Positions 9,741 to 19,664 of a DNA stretch of 64,000 bases are shown here, piece after piece. Position 1 is the first letter of the stretch; each line of letters begins with the position of its first letter. The stretch is from Ilumatobacteraceae bacterium (GTDB lineage: Bacteria > Actinomycetota > Acidimicrobiia > Acidimicrobiales > Ilumatobacteraceae). The stretch lies in contig JBBANI010000002.1 of assembly GCA_040402015.1 (NCBI GenBank), forward strand, positions 46,456 through 110,455, written 5' to 3'. The position numbers were made by a program, and so were the translations under genes. The notes below the pieces were generated by a model, which was not told the DNA's origin, searched no databases, and was given only the letters and a program-made list of their open reading frames with translations.

Positions 9741-11020
9741 GCCTTCCTCGCATTCTCGCAATCATGGGCTCGGGTGAAACAGCCCCCACCATGGTCACAA
9801 CGCATCGCCGTTTGACGTCCTTACTTTCATCACCAGTAAAAGCAGTCGTGCTTGACACTCCGTATGGTTTTCAAGAAAATGCACCAGAACTTGCCGCAAA
9901 AGCCGTTGAGTATTTCAAAACATCTATCAATGTTGACCTTGTGGTTGCCGGCCTAGTCAGATTGCACGACACACACCTAGCCGCAGATCCCGTTGCAATC
10001 GAACGCGGGCTTCGCGCACTCTCCGATGCCGACTACATTTTTGCTGGGCCAGGCTCGCCAACATACGCATTACGCCAATGGGCTGGATCATCTGTTGCCC
10101 GAATCATGATTGACAAACTCACTAATGGCGGAATTGTTACATTCGCTTCCGCCGCAGCACTCACACTCGGCAAAGCCACTGTGCCGGTGTACGAGGTGTA
10201 CAAGGTGGGGCAAGACGTTCAGGCCCTTGATGGCTTAGACATTCTCGCAACTTTCGGCGTCAATGCAGCTGTAATTCCGCACTATGACAATACTGAAGGA
10301 GCAAACCACGACACTCGATTTTGTTACCTCGGCGAGGCTCGTTTGCAAATGTTTGAATCTTTATTAGAGCCAGATACTTTCGTTCTCGGAGTTGACGAAC
10401 ACACTGGCTTGATAATTGACATTGATGCAGCAACAGCCACAGTTGTTGGCAATAGCAATGTCACCATCCGTTTGCGCAGTGAATCATTCGTGTATCCAAC
10501 AGGTTCAGTCATCCCACTGTCACTTCTGCAGTCACCCTTTTCACTGTTAACCGGATCTGGTGACGTGTCGTCAAGTCATTCCGTCGCAACCGTGCCCGTC
10601 GCGGCAACCGCCCTCGCCCCACAAGCAAACTCACTTGATGCGGCACTTGCTGAATCAATTCAACAATTTGATCAGGCAATGGGACAGCGCGAGGCACTAG
10701 CCGCGGTTCGCGCGGTTTTATTTCTAGAGCAATCAATGCAGGATTGGTCAATCGACACCCTGCAAAGCGATGTTCTTGATAGAGCCCGCAGCACTCTTCG
10801 TTCCATGATTAGCCAATTGGGTGATGCAGCAGTTGGGGGCGTGAGAGACCCTCGTGAAGTTGCGGCTCCATTTGTGGAGGCCATGCTTTCTGTGCGCGGC
10901 ACCGTCCGAGCCGAAAAACGCTTCGACTTATCTGACGTGATCCGCGATGTGTTCGCTTCGCTGCATATTGAAGTGCGCGACACACCAACAGGCGTCGAGT
11001 GGTCTCTACCAACTGAATAA
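9737..11020 (+). CDS. conserved hypothetical; N-terminal half resembles class-I glutamine amidotransferase/peptidase S51 (cyanophycinase-like) fold, C-terminal tail resembles the CysRS/MshC C-terminal helix bundle
   Basis: 427 aa. The GTG start overlaps the upstream stop (GTGA). The N-terminus has LAIMGSGETAP..IFAGPGSP..TFASAAA. The C-terminus has RAEKRFDLSDVIRDVFASLHIEVRDTPTGVEW, like the ..AD.IRD.L...GI.LEDT..G..W end of CysRS. The function call is weak. Confidence 0.55.
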   Translation: MSLPRILAIMGSGETAPTMVTTHRRLTSLLSSPVKAVVLDTPYGFQENAPELAAKAVEYFKTSINVDLVVAGLVRLHDTHLAADPVAIERGLRALSDADYIFAGPGSPTYALRQWAGSSVARIMIDKLTNGGIVTFASAAALTLGKATVPVYEVYKVGQDVQALDGLDILATFGVNAAVIPHYDNTEGANHDTRFCYLGEARLQMFESLLEPDTFVLGVDEHTGLIIDIDAATATVVGNSNVTIRLRSESFVYPTGSVIPLSLLQSPFSLLTGSGDVSSSHSVATVPVAATALAPQANSLDAALAESIQQFDQAMGQREALAAVRAVLFLEQSMQDWSIDTLQSDVLDRARSTLRSMISQLGDAAVGGVRDPREVAAPFVEAMLSVRGTVRAEKRFDLSDVIRDVFASLHIEVRDTPTGVEWSLPTE

Positions 11021-11022
11021 AA

Positions 11023-11877
11023 TCAGATGTGATGCAGACCAGAGATTCTGGTGCGCCCACGGAGCCCTGTCACTGCGTACACCACGATAAACATCAGTGT
11101 GCCCGCGAGAATAATGGTCGCACTTGCCGATGTATCCAAAAAGTACGAAAGGTACATGCCCGTGAAGGCTGACACGGCTCCAATAATTGGCGAAATCCAC
11201 AACATGCGCGCAAAAGAGTTTGTCAACATACGCGCAACTGACGCAGGAATAACCAGGAGTGCAGAAATGAGAAGAGTTCCAATCACTCGCATCGTCACAA
11301 GGATTGTTAGCGACAAGAGCCCCATCAGCAACGCTTCAATCCATGCCACGCGCACGCCAGAAACTTGAGCGACCTCAGGATCAAATGTGGCAAAAAGGAA
11401 TGCTCGGTACAGCGCCACCACGATGACGACGCTCAGAATTGCGACAGCAGAGACAGCAACAATGTCAATAGTTTTCACTCCGAGCACGCTTCCGAACAGA
11501 ACGGCTTCGATGCTCTTCTTGGCCTGGCCGTACCGATTCAATAAGGCAAGGCCCAAAGCGAACGAGGCCGTAGTGACAACTCCGATTGCTGCATCTGCCC
11601 CAATTAAGCGACGCCGAGCGATGCGGCCAATGATCACTCCGGATGCAACTCCCCACACCCCAGCACCGACAAAGTAATTAATGTTCATCACTGCCGATGC
11701 CGCAGCACCACCAAAGACTGCGTGCGACAAACCATGGCCGATGTAACTCATGCCACGCAGCACAACAAACACGCCAAGCAAACCACACAAAGCACCAGCG
11801 ATAGTGGCCACAATGATTCCGTTATTAAAGAACTGATAGTGAAAGGGCGTAAAAATCCCGGCAAATACAAATGACAT
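11023..11877 (-). CDS. metal ABC transporter permease (ABC-3, ZnuB/MntB/TroC family)
   Basis: 284 aa and highly hydrophobic. It is the last gene of an SBP-ATPase-permease operon. Confidence 0.85.
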   Translation of the reverse strand: MSFVFAGIFTPFHYQFFNNGIIVATIAGALCGLLGVFVVLRGMSYIGHGLSHAVFGGAAASAVMNINYFVGAGVWGVASGVIIGRIARRRLIGADAAIGVVTTASFALGLALLNRYGQAKKSIEAVLFGSVLGVKTIDIVAVSAVAILSVVIVVALYRAFLFATFDPEVAQVSGVRVAWIEALLMGLLSLTILVTMRVIGTLLISALLVIPASVARMLTNSFARMLWISPIIGAVSAFTGMYLSYFLDTSASATIILAGTLMFIVVYAVTGLRGRTRISGLHHI

Positions 11878-11879
11878 AA

Positions 11880-12659
11880 CTAGCCCAACCGAGACATTCG
11901 CTCAGCAATATCAGCACCGACACCATCGACCACGACGGGCATCCCACCATGAATGAGAACTTCCATTGGCGCCCCGAAAGTTTGTTCCAAAACCTCTGGC
12001 ATCAACACTTCAACAGGCGATCCATCGGCGATGATCTGAGAATTGAGACAGACGAGGCGTGGCAAGTGCGCGGCCAATCCATTCAGATCGTGTGTAGAGA
12101 GAATAATAGAAACGCCCTCATCATGAAGATTTGCAAGTAAATGCAGAACTTCATGTCGAGTACGGACATCAACCCCCGATGTCGGTTCATCGAGCACTAA
12201 AAGCTCTGGCCGATGAAACAATGCGCGTGCCACAAAAACTCTCTGTTGTTGCCCACCAGACAATTCACGAATGTGCCTATTTTCGAGACCTCCAAGACCA
12301 AGCCGCTCCAATACCAACAGTGCATCAGCGCGCTCATCTTTGGTTACTCGCGGAAGGCGGCCAGTTGAGGAACGGGTCATCACAACTACTTCAAGAACGG
12401 TTACAGGAAAATTCCAATCAACTGTTTCCACTTGTGGCACATACCCCATCCGCAACTGCGGCTTCTTTGTAACATGTCCCTCAATCGGGCTAATTGTTCC
12501 GAGAATGGCTTTTAATAACGTGGTCTTACCGGAACCAGACGGCCCAACTATGCCTACGAAGTCACCCTTACGAATTGTGAAGTCGACGTTCTTAATTGCA
12601 AGCGTTGAGTTGTACGCACACGACATGTGCGCACATTCAACCAGAACTTCACCTATCAC
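11880..12659 (-). CDS. metal ABC transporter ATP-binding protein (ZnuC/MntA family)
   Basis: Walker A GPSGSGKTT, signature LSGGQQQR, Walker B LLVLDEP. Confidence 0.9.
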   Translation of the reverse strand: MIGEVLVECAHMSCAYNSTLAIKNVDFTIRKGDFVGIVGPSGSGKTTLLKAILGTISPIEGHVTKKPQLRMGYVPQVETVDWNFPVTVLEVVVMTRSSTGRLPRVTKDERADALLVLERLGLGGLENRHIRELSGGQQQRVFVARALFHRPELLVLDEPTSGVDVRTRHEVLHLLANLHDEGVSIILSTHDLNGLAAHLPRLVCLNSQIIADGSPVEVLMPEVLEQTFGAPMEVLIHGGMPVVVDGVGADIAERMSRLG

Positions 12660-13750
12660 TGCGGATAGTTCGCTTTGTCTGGGATCTTCGTGTCAACAGA
12701 CACGGCCTGTAACGCTGATGCGTCACCGCCTAGCGCTTCGACAATTGTGATGAAATTAAACTTCATTAGCCCAGCCCATGAATGGTCCGCATCGCCAGGT
12801 TTTCCCGGCAAGTCATCATCACGCAACACATCCACATAGCGCACTCCAGTTTCCTTACCAATCTGCTCGAGTACAGGGGATGGAAATACTTCACTTCCAA
12901 AAACTGCCTTTACCTTCTTTGACTTCACCTGGTCAATGAGAGCTGCAATATCACTTGGGGATGGCTCTTCAAATGATTGGGGCTGAATTGCGCCTATCAC
13001 TTCATATCCGTAACGAAGGGCGAAGTACGCATATGCGTCGTGATATGTCAGCAGTGTCCTAACATTGGCAGGAACAGTTTCTGTGCTGACTTTCATAGCG
13101 GCGTCAAGGTCCATCACCAGTTTTGACACAACCACATAATTTGCTTCGTACTTGTCGATATTAGAAGGATCTGCAAGAACTAAAACATCTCGAATCGTTG
13201 TCAGGTACGACATAACTGAGAGTGGATTTGTCCACAGGTGGGGGTTTGGCTTGCCTGATTCTTCGGGGAATGAAAAATCGTACAACCAACTACTTTGTGG
13301 AAGCGAAGACGTGCCTAACTCGCAAATGACTGCGTCGGGTGCATTGGCCTTTGCCAACTCAAGGGTGGGGTCTTCTAATTTCAATCCATTAACAAAAATA
13401 ATGTCTGCTTGCTCGAGTATTGCTGCAGCACTTGGTGGCGGTTCAAATGTATGCGAGTTAATTCCTTCAGGAACAACGCCTTTGACGACAGGACCAATAT
13501 CTCCAGCAATCAGCCCAACTAAATTTGTAATAGGAGCAACCGTAGACACAATACGCATGGCCCTGCCCGAGACTGCGATACCAGACAAACACCTGATACG
13601 AGCAATCTCCAGATTTTCATCTGAGTCGGCGGGACTACTTATATTTTCGGGGCTCAGGTCGCCCTCTGGTTGTGTTGTCGAACTTGATGAACAACTTGCC
13701 AAAGACAAGCAAGTAACTACGAGAGCGGCAGTGGGGATGTTTAAACGCAC
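12656..13750 (-). CDS. metal-binding lipoprotein, cluster A-I (ZnuA/TroA/MntC family) solute-binding protein
   Basis: Lipobox LSLASC after a signal peptide, and the NPHLW motif. There is no His-rich loop, so the metal specificity (Zn vs Mn/Fe) is undetermined. GTG start. Confidence 0.85.
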   Translation of the reverse strand: MRLNIPTAALVVTCLSLASCSSSSTTQPEGDLSPENISSPADSDENLEIARIRCLSGIAVSGRAMRIVSTVAPITNLVGLIAGDIGPVVKGVVPEGINSHTFEPPPSAAAILEQADIIFVNGLKLEDPTLELAKANAPDAVICELGTSSLPQSSWLYDFSFPEESGKPNPHLWTNPLSVMSYLTTIRDVLVLADPSNIDKYEANYVVVSKLVMDLDAAMKVSTETVPANVRTLLTYHDAYAYFALRYGYEVIGAIQPQSFEEPSPSDIAALIDQVKSKKVKAVFGSEVFPSPVLEQIGKETGVRYVDVLRDDDLPGKPGDADHSWAGLMKFNFITIVEALGGDASALQAVSVDTKIPDKANYPQ

Positions 13751-13770
13751 CGTGTCAGGATACTTGTGCT

Positions 13771-13783
13771 TGAACCAAGTTCA
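13771..13783. promoter_or_regulatory. perfect 5-3-5 inverted repeat TGAAC-caa-GTTCA just upstream of the metal-uptake operon (candidate operator)
   Basis: Read directly from the sequence. It lies in the 41-nt gap between the P450 stop (13792) and the SBP start (13750). No U-run follows, so it is unlikely to be a terminator. Confidence 0.25.
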
Positions 13784-13791
13784 CATGCTGA

Positions 13792-14979
13792 CTACCTGGG
13801 TGAGACCCTTATGTGGAAAGACCGCACAGCACGGGCAAAGATATTTGCTTCTACGTCGGGTTCAGTAACGACAGCCAAATCAGTGGCCTGTGCGGATAGC
13901 TCTCGGAACATACTGGTCAAAACAAGCCGCGCGAGATTTGCCCCCACGCACAGATGGGTACCAAATCCGAACGAGAGATGCGGGTTTGGATTCCTATGAA
14001 TATCGAACACCGATGGATTAGTAAAGACAGACTCATCACGATTCGCCGAGGGGTACAACATGATTATTCGATCACCCGCTGCGATGGGCTGACCGCCAAC
14101 GACATCATCAGTCAATGCCATGCGGAAGAAATTATTCAGAGGCGTGACCCATCGCAACACTTCTTCAACTGCGGAATCAATAAGTTCTGGCGTAGCAGCT
14201 AATTCTTCCCATTGTTCTGGATGATCAATGAACGCACGAATGCCATGACTGATAGCAGTACGAGTTGTCTCAGCACCGCCCGCGATGAATAATCCCACCT
14301 CGTGAAAAATTGCTTCTGGTGGCAACTTTTGTCCATCGATTTCTGCGTGCGACCAAATTGACATGAAGTCATTTCGCGGACAAGCGGACACCTCTTCCAT
14401 AATCGGCATCATTGCACCAAGAAATTCCCTGTTGGCATCAATGAATTCATTCATGATGAGTGGGTCACGCTCGCGCATGTCGGTGCGCATCAATCGTTCA
14501 CTCCATGACTTCACCTGGGGCCACATCTCTTCGGGAAAGCCAAGCAATCGTGCAGTCAGTCGAGCAGGCAACTGCCCAGCTAGCAACTCAACAACATCGA
14601 ACTCGCCTAGCGATACAGCTTCTGCGACAAGTTCTGCCACCAGGGCCTCTACCTCTGCAGTACGTGTTGCAACTCCAGCATGCGTGAGTTGTGGTTGCAC
14701 CAACATGCGTTGTTGACGATGCCGCGGATCATCCTGAGCAATCATGTTGCTTTCGCCTGGTGACAGTACGGCTCGATACACGCCCTGTGATGAGAAAACT
14801 GACGAGCGTCGTTCAACATCCATGACGTCTGCATGGCGCGTGATACCCCACAACTTGTTCTTCTCATCTCGGTATACGGGCTCATTGGCGCGCATCCACG
14901 CCCACACTTCATGTGGATTCGATTGATAAAACACCGGATCTAGTAGGTCAACGGTCATTCGTTCAGTGTCTTGGCTCAT
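13792..14979 (-). CDS. cytochrome P450
   Basis: Heme loop FGFGTHLCVGANLAR, I-helix AGGAETTR, K-helix EEVLRW. Confidence 0.9.
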   Translation of the reverse strand: MSQDTERMTVDLLDPVFYQSNPHEVWAWMRANEPVYRDEKNKLWGITRHADVMDVERRSSVFSSQGVYRAVLSPGESNMIAQDDPRHRQQRMLVQPQLTHAGVATRTAEVEALVAELVAEAVSLGEFDVVELLAGQLPARLTARLLGFPEEMWPQVKSWSERLMRTDMRERDPLIMNEFIDANREFLGAMMPIMEEVSACPRNDFMSIWSHAEIDGQKLPPEAIFHEVGLFIAGGAETTRTAISHGIRAFIDHPEQWEELAATPELIDSAVEEVLRWVTPLNNFFRMALTDDVVGGQPIAAGDRIIMLYPSANRDESVFTNPSVFDIHRNPNPHLSFGFGTHLCVGANLARLVLTSMFRELSAQATDLAVVTEPDVEANIFARAVRSFHIRVSPR

Positions 14980-14985
14980 GTCATG

Positions 14986-16155
14986 TCATTTCTGTGAAGT
15001 GGATTGCGACCACGGTTGTCCCGATTGTGGATTTGGTTCAGCTGGCAGTTTCAAAACTCGTTCACCCAAAATATTACGCTGTACTTCTCCTGTGCCGCCG
15101 CCAATGGTAAGTGCCTTTGAAAACATGTAGCCGCTATACCAACTTTTGGACGTGATCGACTTGCCCGCAACGGCATCATCTTGTCCGATAATCATTGCGT
15201 GAGCACCAGTGATATCGCGCGCGACCTCCATCACGGTTTGTCCATGTTCATCGGCCATGATTTTGCGAATACTTGCTTCTGGACCAGGCTGCGTTCCTCG
15301 AAGTCGGGCCGTCAATGTGCGCATCCGAATGATTTCAAGAATTGTGTGTTCGATATAGATACCCACGAGCCGATGACGCATTGTGCGATTCGTAATACCT
15401 AGTTTTTTGGCCTCAGCGATGACATCAAGTGCTGTTGGGCCATTGCCCCACAACACACCCCCTGTAGACAACGAGACTCGCTCATTACCCAAGGTGACTT
15501 TTGCTAAGCGCCATCCATCATTCACGTCTCCAACCACGTTGGCATGAGGTATTCGCACATCCGTGAAGAACACTTCATTAAAACTTTCCGCGCCCGCGAT
15601 GTTCTTAATGGTGCGAATTTCTATCCCTGGCAAATCCATTGGACAAATAAAGTATGAAATTCCTTTGTGTTTCGGAGCATCAGGATCAGTACGCGCAATC
15701 AGAATTCCAAATTTTGAATAATGAGCACCGGTGGTCCACACCTTTTGACCATTAACAATCCACTCGTCACCATCACGCACTGCACGTGTACTCAAACTTG
15801 CTAAGTCACTTCCCGCACCAGGTTCTGAAAACAGTTGGCACCAGATTTCCTCTGCAGTGAGCGCAGGCATGACATAGCGGTCTTTTTGTTCCTGGGTTCC
15901 AGCAAAAATAATGGTGGGTGCAGCCCAGCCAATTCCTATTTGGTTTGATGGTCGCGACACGCCAGCACGCGACAACTCATCATCAATAATTAGTTGATGA
16001 ATCGGATCTGCTCCGAGCCCCCACGGCTCTGGCCAATGCGGAGCGACATATCCCGATTCGGCAAGTTGAACATTCGTCGGGTTCGGATGCGTTGCAAGCC
16101 ATTCACGAACGACGCACCGGCGCGGATCATCGTTTCCCGGGAGCAATTCATCCAT
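14986..16155 (-). CDS. acyl-CoA dehydrogenase
   Basis: ACAD three-domain pattern (..WCQLFSEPGAGSDLASLSTRA..INGQKVWTT..). I prefer the ATG at 16155 over the TTG at 16179. Confidence 0.85.
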   Translation of the reverse strand: MDELLPGNDDPRRCVVREWLATHPNPTNVQLAESGYVAPHWPEPWGLGADPIHQLIIDDELSRAGVSRPSNQIGIGWAAPTIIFAGTQEQKDRYVMPALTAEEIWCQLFSEPGAGSDLASLSTRAVRDGDEWIVNGQKVWTTGAHYSKFGILIARTDPDAPKHKGISYFICPMDLPGIEIRTIKNIAGAESFNEVFFTDVRIPHANVVGDVNDGWRLAKVTLGNERVSLSTGGVLWGNGPTALDVIAEAKKLGITNRTMRHRLVGIYIEHTILEIIRMRTLTARLRGTQPGPEASIRKIMADEHGQTVMEVARDITGAHAMIIGQDDAVAGKSITSKSWYSGYMFSKALTIGGGTGEVQRNILGERVLKLPAEPNPQSGQPWSQSTSQK

Positions 16156-16253
16156 GTCCTCAGAGTAGGCGCACAGCAATTCTTAACGGTCAGCCAGAGT
16201 TCCCTGACTCCTCAAATCGGAGTCTTTATGGGCGCCCGACTACGGTTGTCGGC

Positions 16254-17153
16254 ATGAACAATTTGGGATATGACGGAAAAGTTGCAGTAATCACAGGAGC
16301 CGGCGGCGGCCTTGGCCGCCAGCATGCTCTCTTTCTTGCCTCACGCGGAGCACTCATCGTGGTCAATGACCTCGGCGGTGCCGTTGACGGCGCAGGTTCT
16401 GACGCCAGCGCTGCACAAAAGGTTGTTGATGAAATTCGAGCAGCTGGTGGAGAAGCGGTGGCAAACCACGACAGCGTGTCAACGCCTGAAGGCGGAGAAT
16501 CCATCATCAAGACAGCCATCGATGCATACGGACGTGTTGACATTGTCATCAACAACGCAGGAATCTTGCGCGACAAGACATTCCACAACATGACGTCTGA
16601 ATTTGTGGATCCAGTGATTGACGTCCACTTGAAGGGTGCCTTCAACGTCACTCGTCCAGCATGGATTCACATGCGCGAACAGGGTTACGGACGTGTTATC
16701 TCAACATCATCAGCAGCAGGAATCTTTGGCAACTTCGGCCAGGCAAACTACGGCGCAGCAAAAATGGGCCTGGTTGGATTCACACGCGTACTTGCAGCCG
16801 AGGGCGCTAAGTACAACATCAAATCAAACGTCATTGCACCGCTTGCTTTGACACGTATGACAGAAAACTTGATGGGAGGAATTGGTGACAAGCTTGACCC
16901 ATCACTGGTCACACCAATCGTTGCGTGGCTTGCACACGAAGATTGCGATGTTTCTGGTGAGATCTTTTCAGTCGGTGGCGGACGCGTGGCACGCGTATTT
17001 ATTGGTGAGACCCAAGGTTTCTACAAGCCAGGCCTGACACTTGAAGACGTACGCGACAACTGGACACAGATTCGCGACACCGATGGTTACCAAATTCCCG
17101 CCAACCTGCCTGAAGAAACTGGCATGTTCTTTAATGCTATGAAAGACGCATGA
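16254..17153 (+). CDS. short-chain dehydrogenase, MFE-2-like (paralogue of 2109-3041)
   Basis: TGAGGGLG, NNAGILRD, YGAAK. I prefer the ATG at 16254 (MNNLGYDGKVAV), since the 16092 start overlaps the divergent ACAD gene. Confidence 0.85.
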   Translation: MNNLGYDGKVAVITGAGGGLGRQHALFLASRGALIVVNDLGGAVDGAGSDASAAQKVVDEIRAAGGEAVANHDSVSTPEGGESIIKTAIDAYGRVDIVINNAGILRDKTFHNMTSEFVDPVIDVHLKGAFNVTRPAWIHMREQGYGRVISTSSAAGIFGNFGQANYGAAKMGLVGFTRVLAAEGAKYNIKSNVIAPLALTRMTENLMGGIGDKLDPSLVTPIVAWLAHEDCDVSGEIFSVGGGRVARVFIGETQGFYKPGLTLEDVRDNWTQIRDTDGYQIPANLPEETGMFFNAMKDA

Positions 17154-18262
17154 GCGAAGAATCAGTCGACACGCTCCGTGCTCGCGCTGCGGCATGGCTG
17201 GCAAACAATCGTCAGCACGCCCCGCGTGACTACGGAGCTATTTGTCCTCCGAACCTCATAGAAGAGGCGAAGAAATGGCAGCGGCTCATTTTTGAATCCG
17301 GATTCGCTGGCCTTCATTGGCCAACTGAACACGGAGGACAAGGACTTTCTCCAGCCCATCACGGTGCATGGGTCGAAGAATGCGCAAAAGTCGGAGTTCC
17401 ACCTGTTCTGAACATGGTGGGACTCGTGTTGGCCGGTGGCGCAGTGATGACGTACGGAACCGACGAACTAAAACAACAACATCTTCGTTCAACGCTTAAT
17501 GCAGACGAAGTGTGGTGCCAATTGTTCTCTGAACCTGGCGCAGGAAGTGACCTTGGTTCACTCTCAACGCGTGCAGACCGAGACGGCGACCGATTCATCA
17601 TCAATGGTCAAAAGGTGTGGTGCAGTGGCGGTCGGTGCAGCAACTGGGGCATTCTTATGGCGCGCACAGATTTTGAAGCAAAGAAACACGAGGGAATTTC
17701 GTTTTTTCTTATTCCGATGGATTTACCTGGTATCGAGGTACGACCACTCAAGCAAATGACTGGCGAATCAGAATTTGATGAAGTGTTCTTCACAGACGTG
17801 GAATTACCTGCGGAATATCTCATCGGTCCACTGCACGGCGGATGGGGTGTCGGCATGGCCGTGCTCACTAACGAACGCGGCCATATCGGCGCAAGCATCA
17901 TTGGTCTCGAGCGTCGACTTGAATCATTGGCAAGTCTCGGCAAAGACCGCGAACTCTCCCCTACGCAACGCCAGCAACTTGCCGCTCTCATTTCAACGGG
18001 AACCGCATATAAGTCTGTTGCACAAACTCAAGGTCCCGTCGCTTCCACGGCATCGTCATTGATGAAGCTTGGGATAACAGAGATGAGCTTTAAAGTTGCA
18101 ATGTTGCGCGGAGACATTGCAGGCGCCGATGCAATGCTTGAGGGCGCCGATTCGCTTGGCATGATGTCTGCTCCGGGCGGAGGAATTGCTGGTGGCACAA
18201 GCCAAGTGCAACGCAATATCATTGGAGAACGTTTGCTCGGCCTACCGCGTGAACCAAAATGA
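17150..18262 (+). CDS. acyl-CoA dehydrogenase
   Basis: 370 aa with WCQLFSEPGAGSDLGSLSTRA..INGQKVWCS. Its start overlaps the upstream stop (ATGA). Confidence 0.85.
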   Translation: MSEESVDTLRARAAAWLANNRQHAPRDYGAICPPNLIEEAKKWQRLIFESGFAGLHWPTEHGGQGLSPAHHGAWVEECAKVGVPPVLNMVGLVLAGGAVMTYGTDELKQQHLRSTLNADEVWCQLFSEPGAGSDLGSLSTRADRDGDRFIINGQKVWCSGGRCSNWGILMARTDFEAKKHEGISFFLIPMDLPGIEVRPLKQMTGESEFDEVFFTDVELPAEYLIGPLHGGWGVGMAVLTNERGHIGASIIGLERRLESLASLGKDRELSPTQRQQLAALISTGTAYKSVAQTQGPVASTASSLMKLGITEMSFKVAMLRGDIAGADAMLEGADSLGMMSAPGGGIAGGTSQVQRNIIGERLLGLPREPK

Positions 18263-19137
18263 CACAGAGCATTGCGTGCAATGACGCGCACCTCATCACA
18301 TCAGTAGATGGCGTGATAATCGCAATGCACGATTTCGGCGGCACGGGCTCTCCCGTGTTGTTGTCTCATGCCACCGGTTTTCATGCGCATTGTTGGGAAC
18401 CTGTCGCACATGCACTGAATTCACACCATCATGTTGTCGGCCTTGATCATCGCGGATACGGCGATGCAGAAACCGTTGACCCAGCCACAATGACGTGGGA
18501 TCAATATGGCCTCGATGCACTTGCTGCCGCTCGACACTTATACGCCGAACACAATGAACCAATAATCGGCATTGGCCATTCCATGGGTGGTGCAAGCTTG
18601 CTCATGGCCGCACACAGCGAACCGCACTTGTTCAAAGCACTCTTTGTCTTTGAGCCAATCGTCTTTCCTCCACCAGACCCCAATGCAGGTGAGCGCCCTG
18701 GAAGTCCGCTCCCTGCTGGTGCACGCAAGCGACGTAGTCGTTTCCCATCTTTTGAAGCCGCCATTGAAAACTTTGCAGCAAAGCCACCGATGGCAGCGTT
18801 CAATGCCGTTGCTCGCGAGGCATACGTTCGCCACGGATTCAAATCAACGGCCGATGGCGAAATTGAATTGAAATGTCTACCTGAACACGAAGCGCGTACA
18901 TACGAGACGGGTGGATCAAGTGGCGCATGGGATTCTCTTCCCTCAATCACGACTCCGGTATGGGTTTTGTCCGGCGCGATTGCACCATTTCAGCCCTCAA
19001 CATTTGCCATCACCGTTGCAGAACGAATTCATGGAAGCACATATGTGCGTTGGGATGAAGTAGGACATTTCGGACCGCTCGAGAAACCAGAACTGATCTC
19101 TCAATACGTCACCGCTGTAGTCCCAACATTGTCATGA
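18259..19137 (+). CDS. alpha/beta hydrolase
   Basis: Nucleophile elbow GHSMGG and an HG oxyanion region. ATGA overlap on both sides. Confidence 0.8.
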   Translation: MTQSIACNDAHLITSVDGVIIAMHDFGGTGSPVLLSHATGFHAHCWEPVAHALNSHHHVVGLDHRGYGDAETVDPATMTWDQYGLDALAAARHLYAEHNEPIIGIGHSMGGASLLMAAHSEPHLFKALFVFEPIVFPPPDPNAGERPGSPLPAGARKRRSRFPSFEAAIENFAAKPPMAAFNAVAREAYVRHGFKSTADGEIELKCLPEHEARTYETGGSSGAWDSLPSITTPVWVLSGAIAPFQPSTFAITVAERIHGSTYVRWDEVGHFGPLEKPELISQYVTAVVPTLS

Positions 19138-19652
19138 GTTTTGATTCAACCGGAGATCGCATCCTTGAACCATTGCGTAAAAACAAAGTAACCAACACTG
19201 TGTTTGGAATCGCCAGCACGATTGGTGACTTCAGCATTGTCTGGCATGTCACCGGATTGTTGTATGCAATCGGATCCGCTCATCGCCTACACCAAGCGAT
19301 TGCGCTATCCATTGCATTAGGTGCAGAGAGCATCATCGTTAACCAAGGCGTCAAGAGAATCTTTCGACGCGAACGTCCGACTGTGTCTGGTGATGATCGC
19401 TTTGATGTACGCACGCCAAGTACCTCTAGTTTCCCTAGCGGCCATGCGTCATCAGCCACCTTCGCAGCAATAATCCTTATTTGGATGACAGGCTTTCCTC
19501 TTGCAATTCTGTGGATCATCATGGCTGGCATTGTTGCGCTCAGCCGCGTTGTCGTCCGCATCCATCACCTGTCAGACATTGTTGGTGGGTTAATAACAGG
19601 TGCAATTTTGGGGGCCACTGCAGTCCCAATCATTTCGTCAATGATTGGCTAG
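19134..19652 (+). CDS. PAP2-family phosphatase (phosphatidate/lipid phosphate phosphatase type)
   Basis: Three PAP2 motifs: KRIFRRERP, PSGH and SRVVVRIHHLSD. It is a membrane protein. Confidence 0.8.
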   Translation: MSFDSTGDRILEPLRKNKVTNTVFGIASTIGDFSIVWHVTGLLYAIGSAHRLHQAIALSIALGAESIIVNQGVKRIFRRERPTVSGDDRFDVRTPSTSSFPSGHASSATFAAIILIWMTGFPLAILWIIMAGIVALSRVVVRIHHLSDIVGGLITGAILGATAVPIISSMIG

Positions 19653-19664
19653 TAGATTGGGTGT

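Noticed and set aside
13152-13868. 238-aa plus-strand ORF
   Set aside because: It lies antisense to the well-supported metal-binding lipoprotein gene and the P450 3' end. Its composition is typical of a reverse-frame artefact.
16092-16253. N-terminal extensions of several ORF-track entries (16092, 4319, 7694-8863, 21363, 23267, 27121-28065, 28047-28889, 30022, 60375, 60742)
   Set aside because: The extensions overlap neighbouring genes, lack family similarity and precede internal ATG/GTG codons that give typical N-termini, signal peptides or RBS spacing. Shorter starts were adopted.
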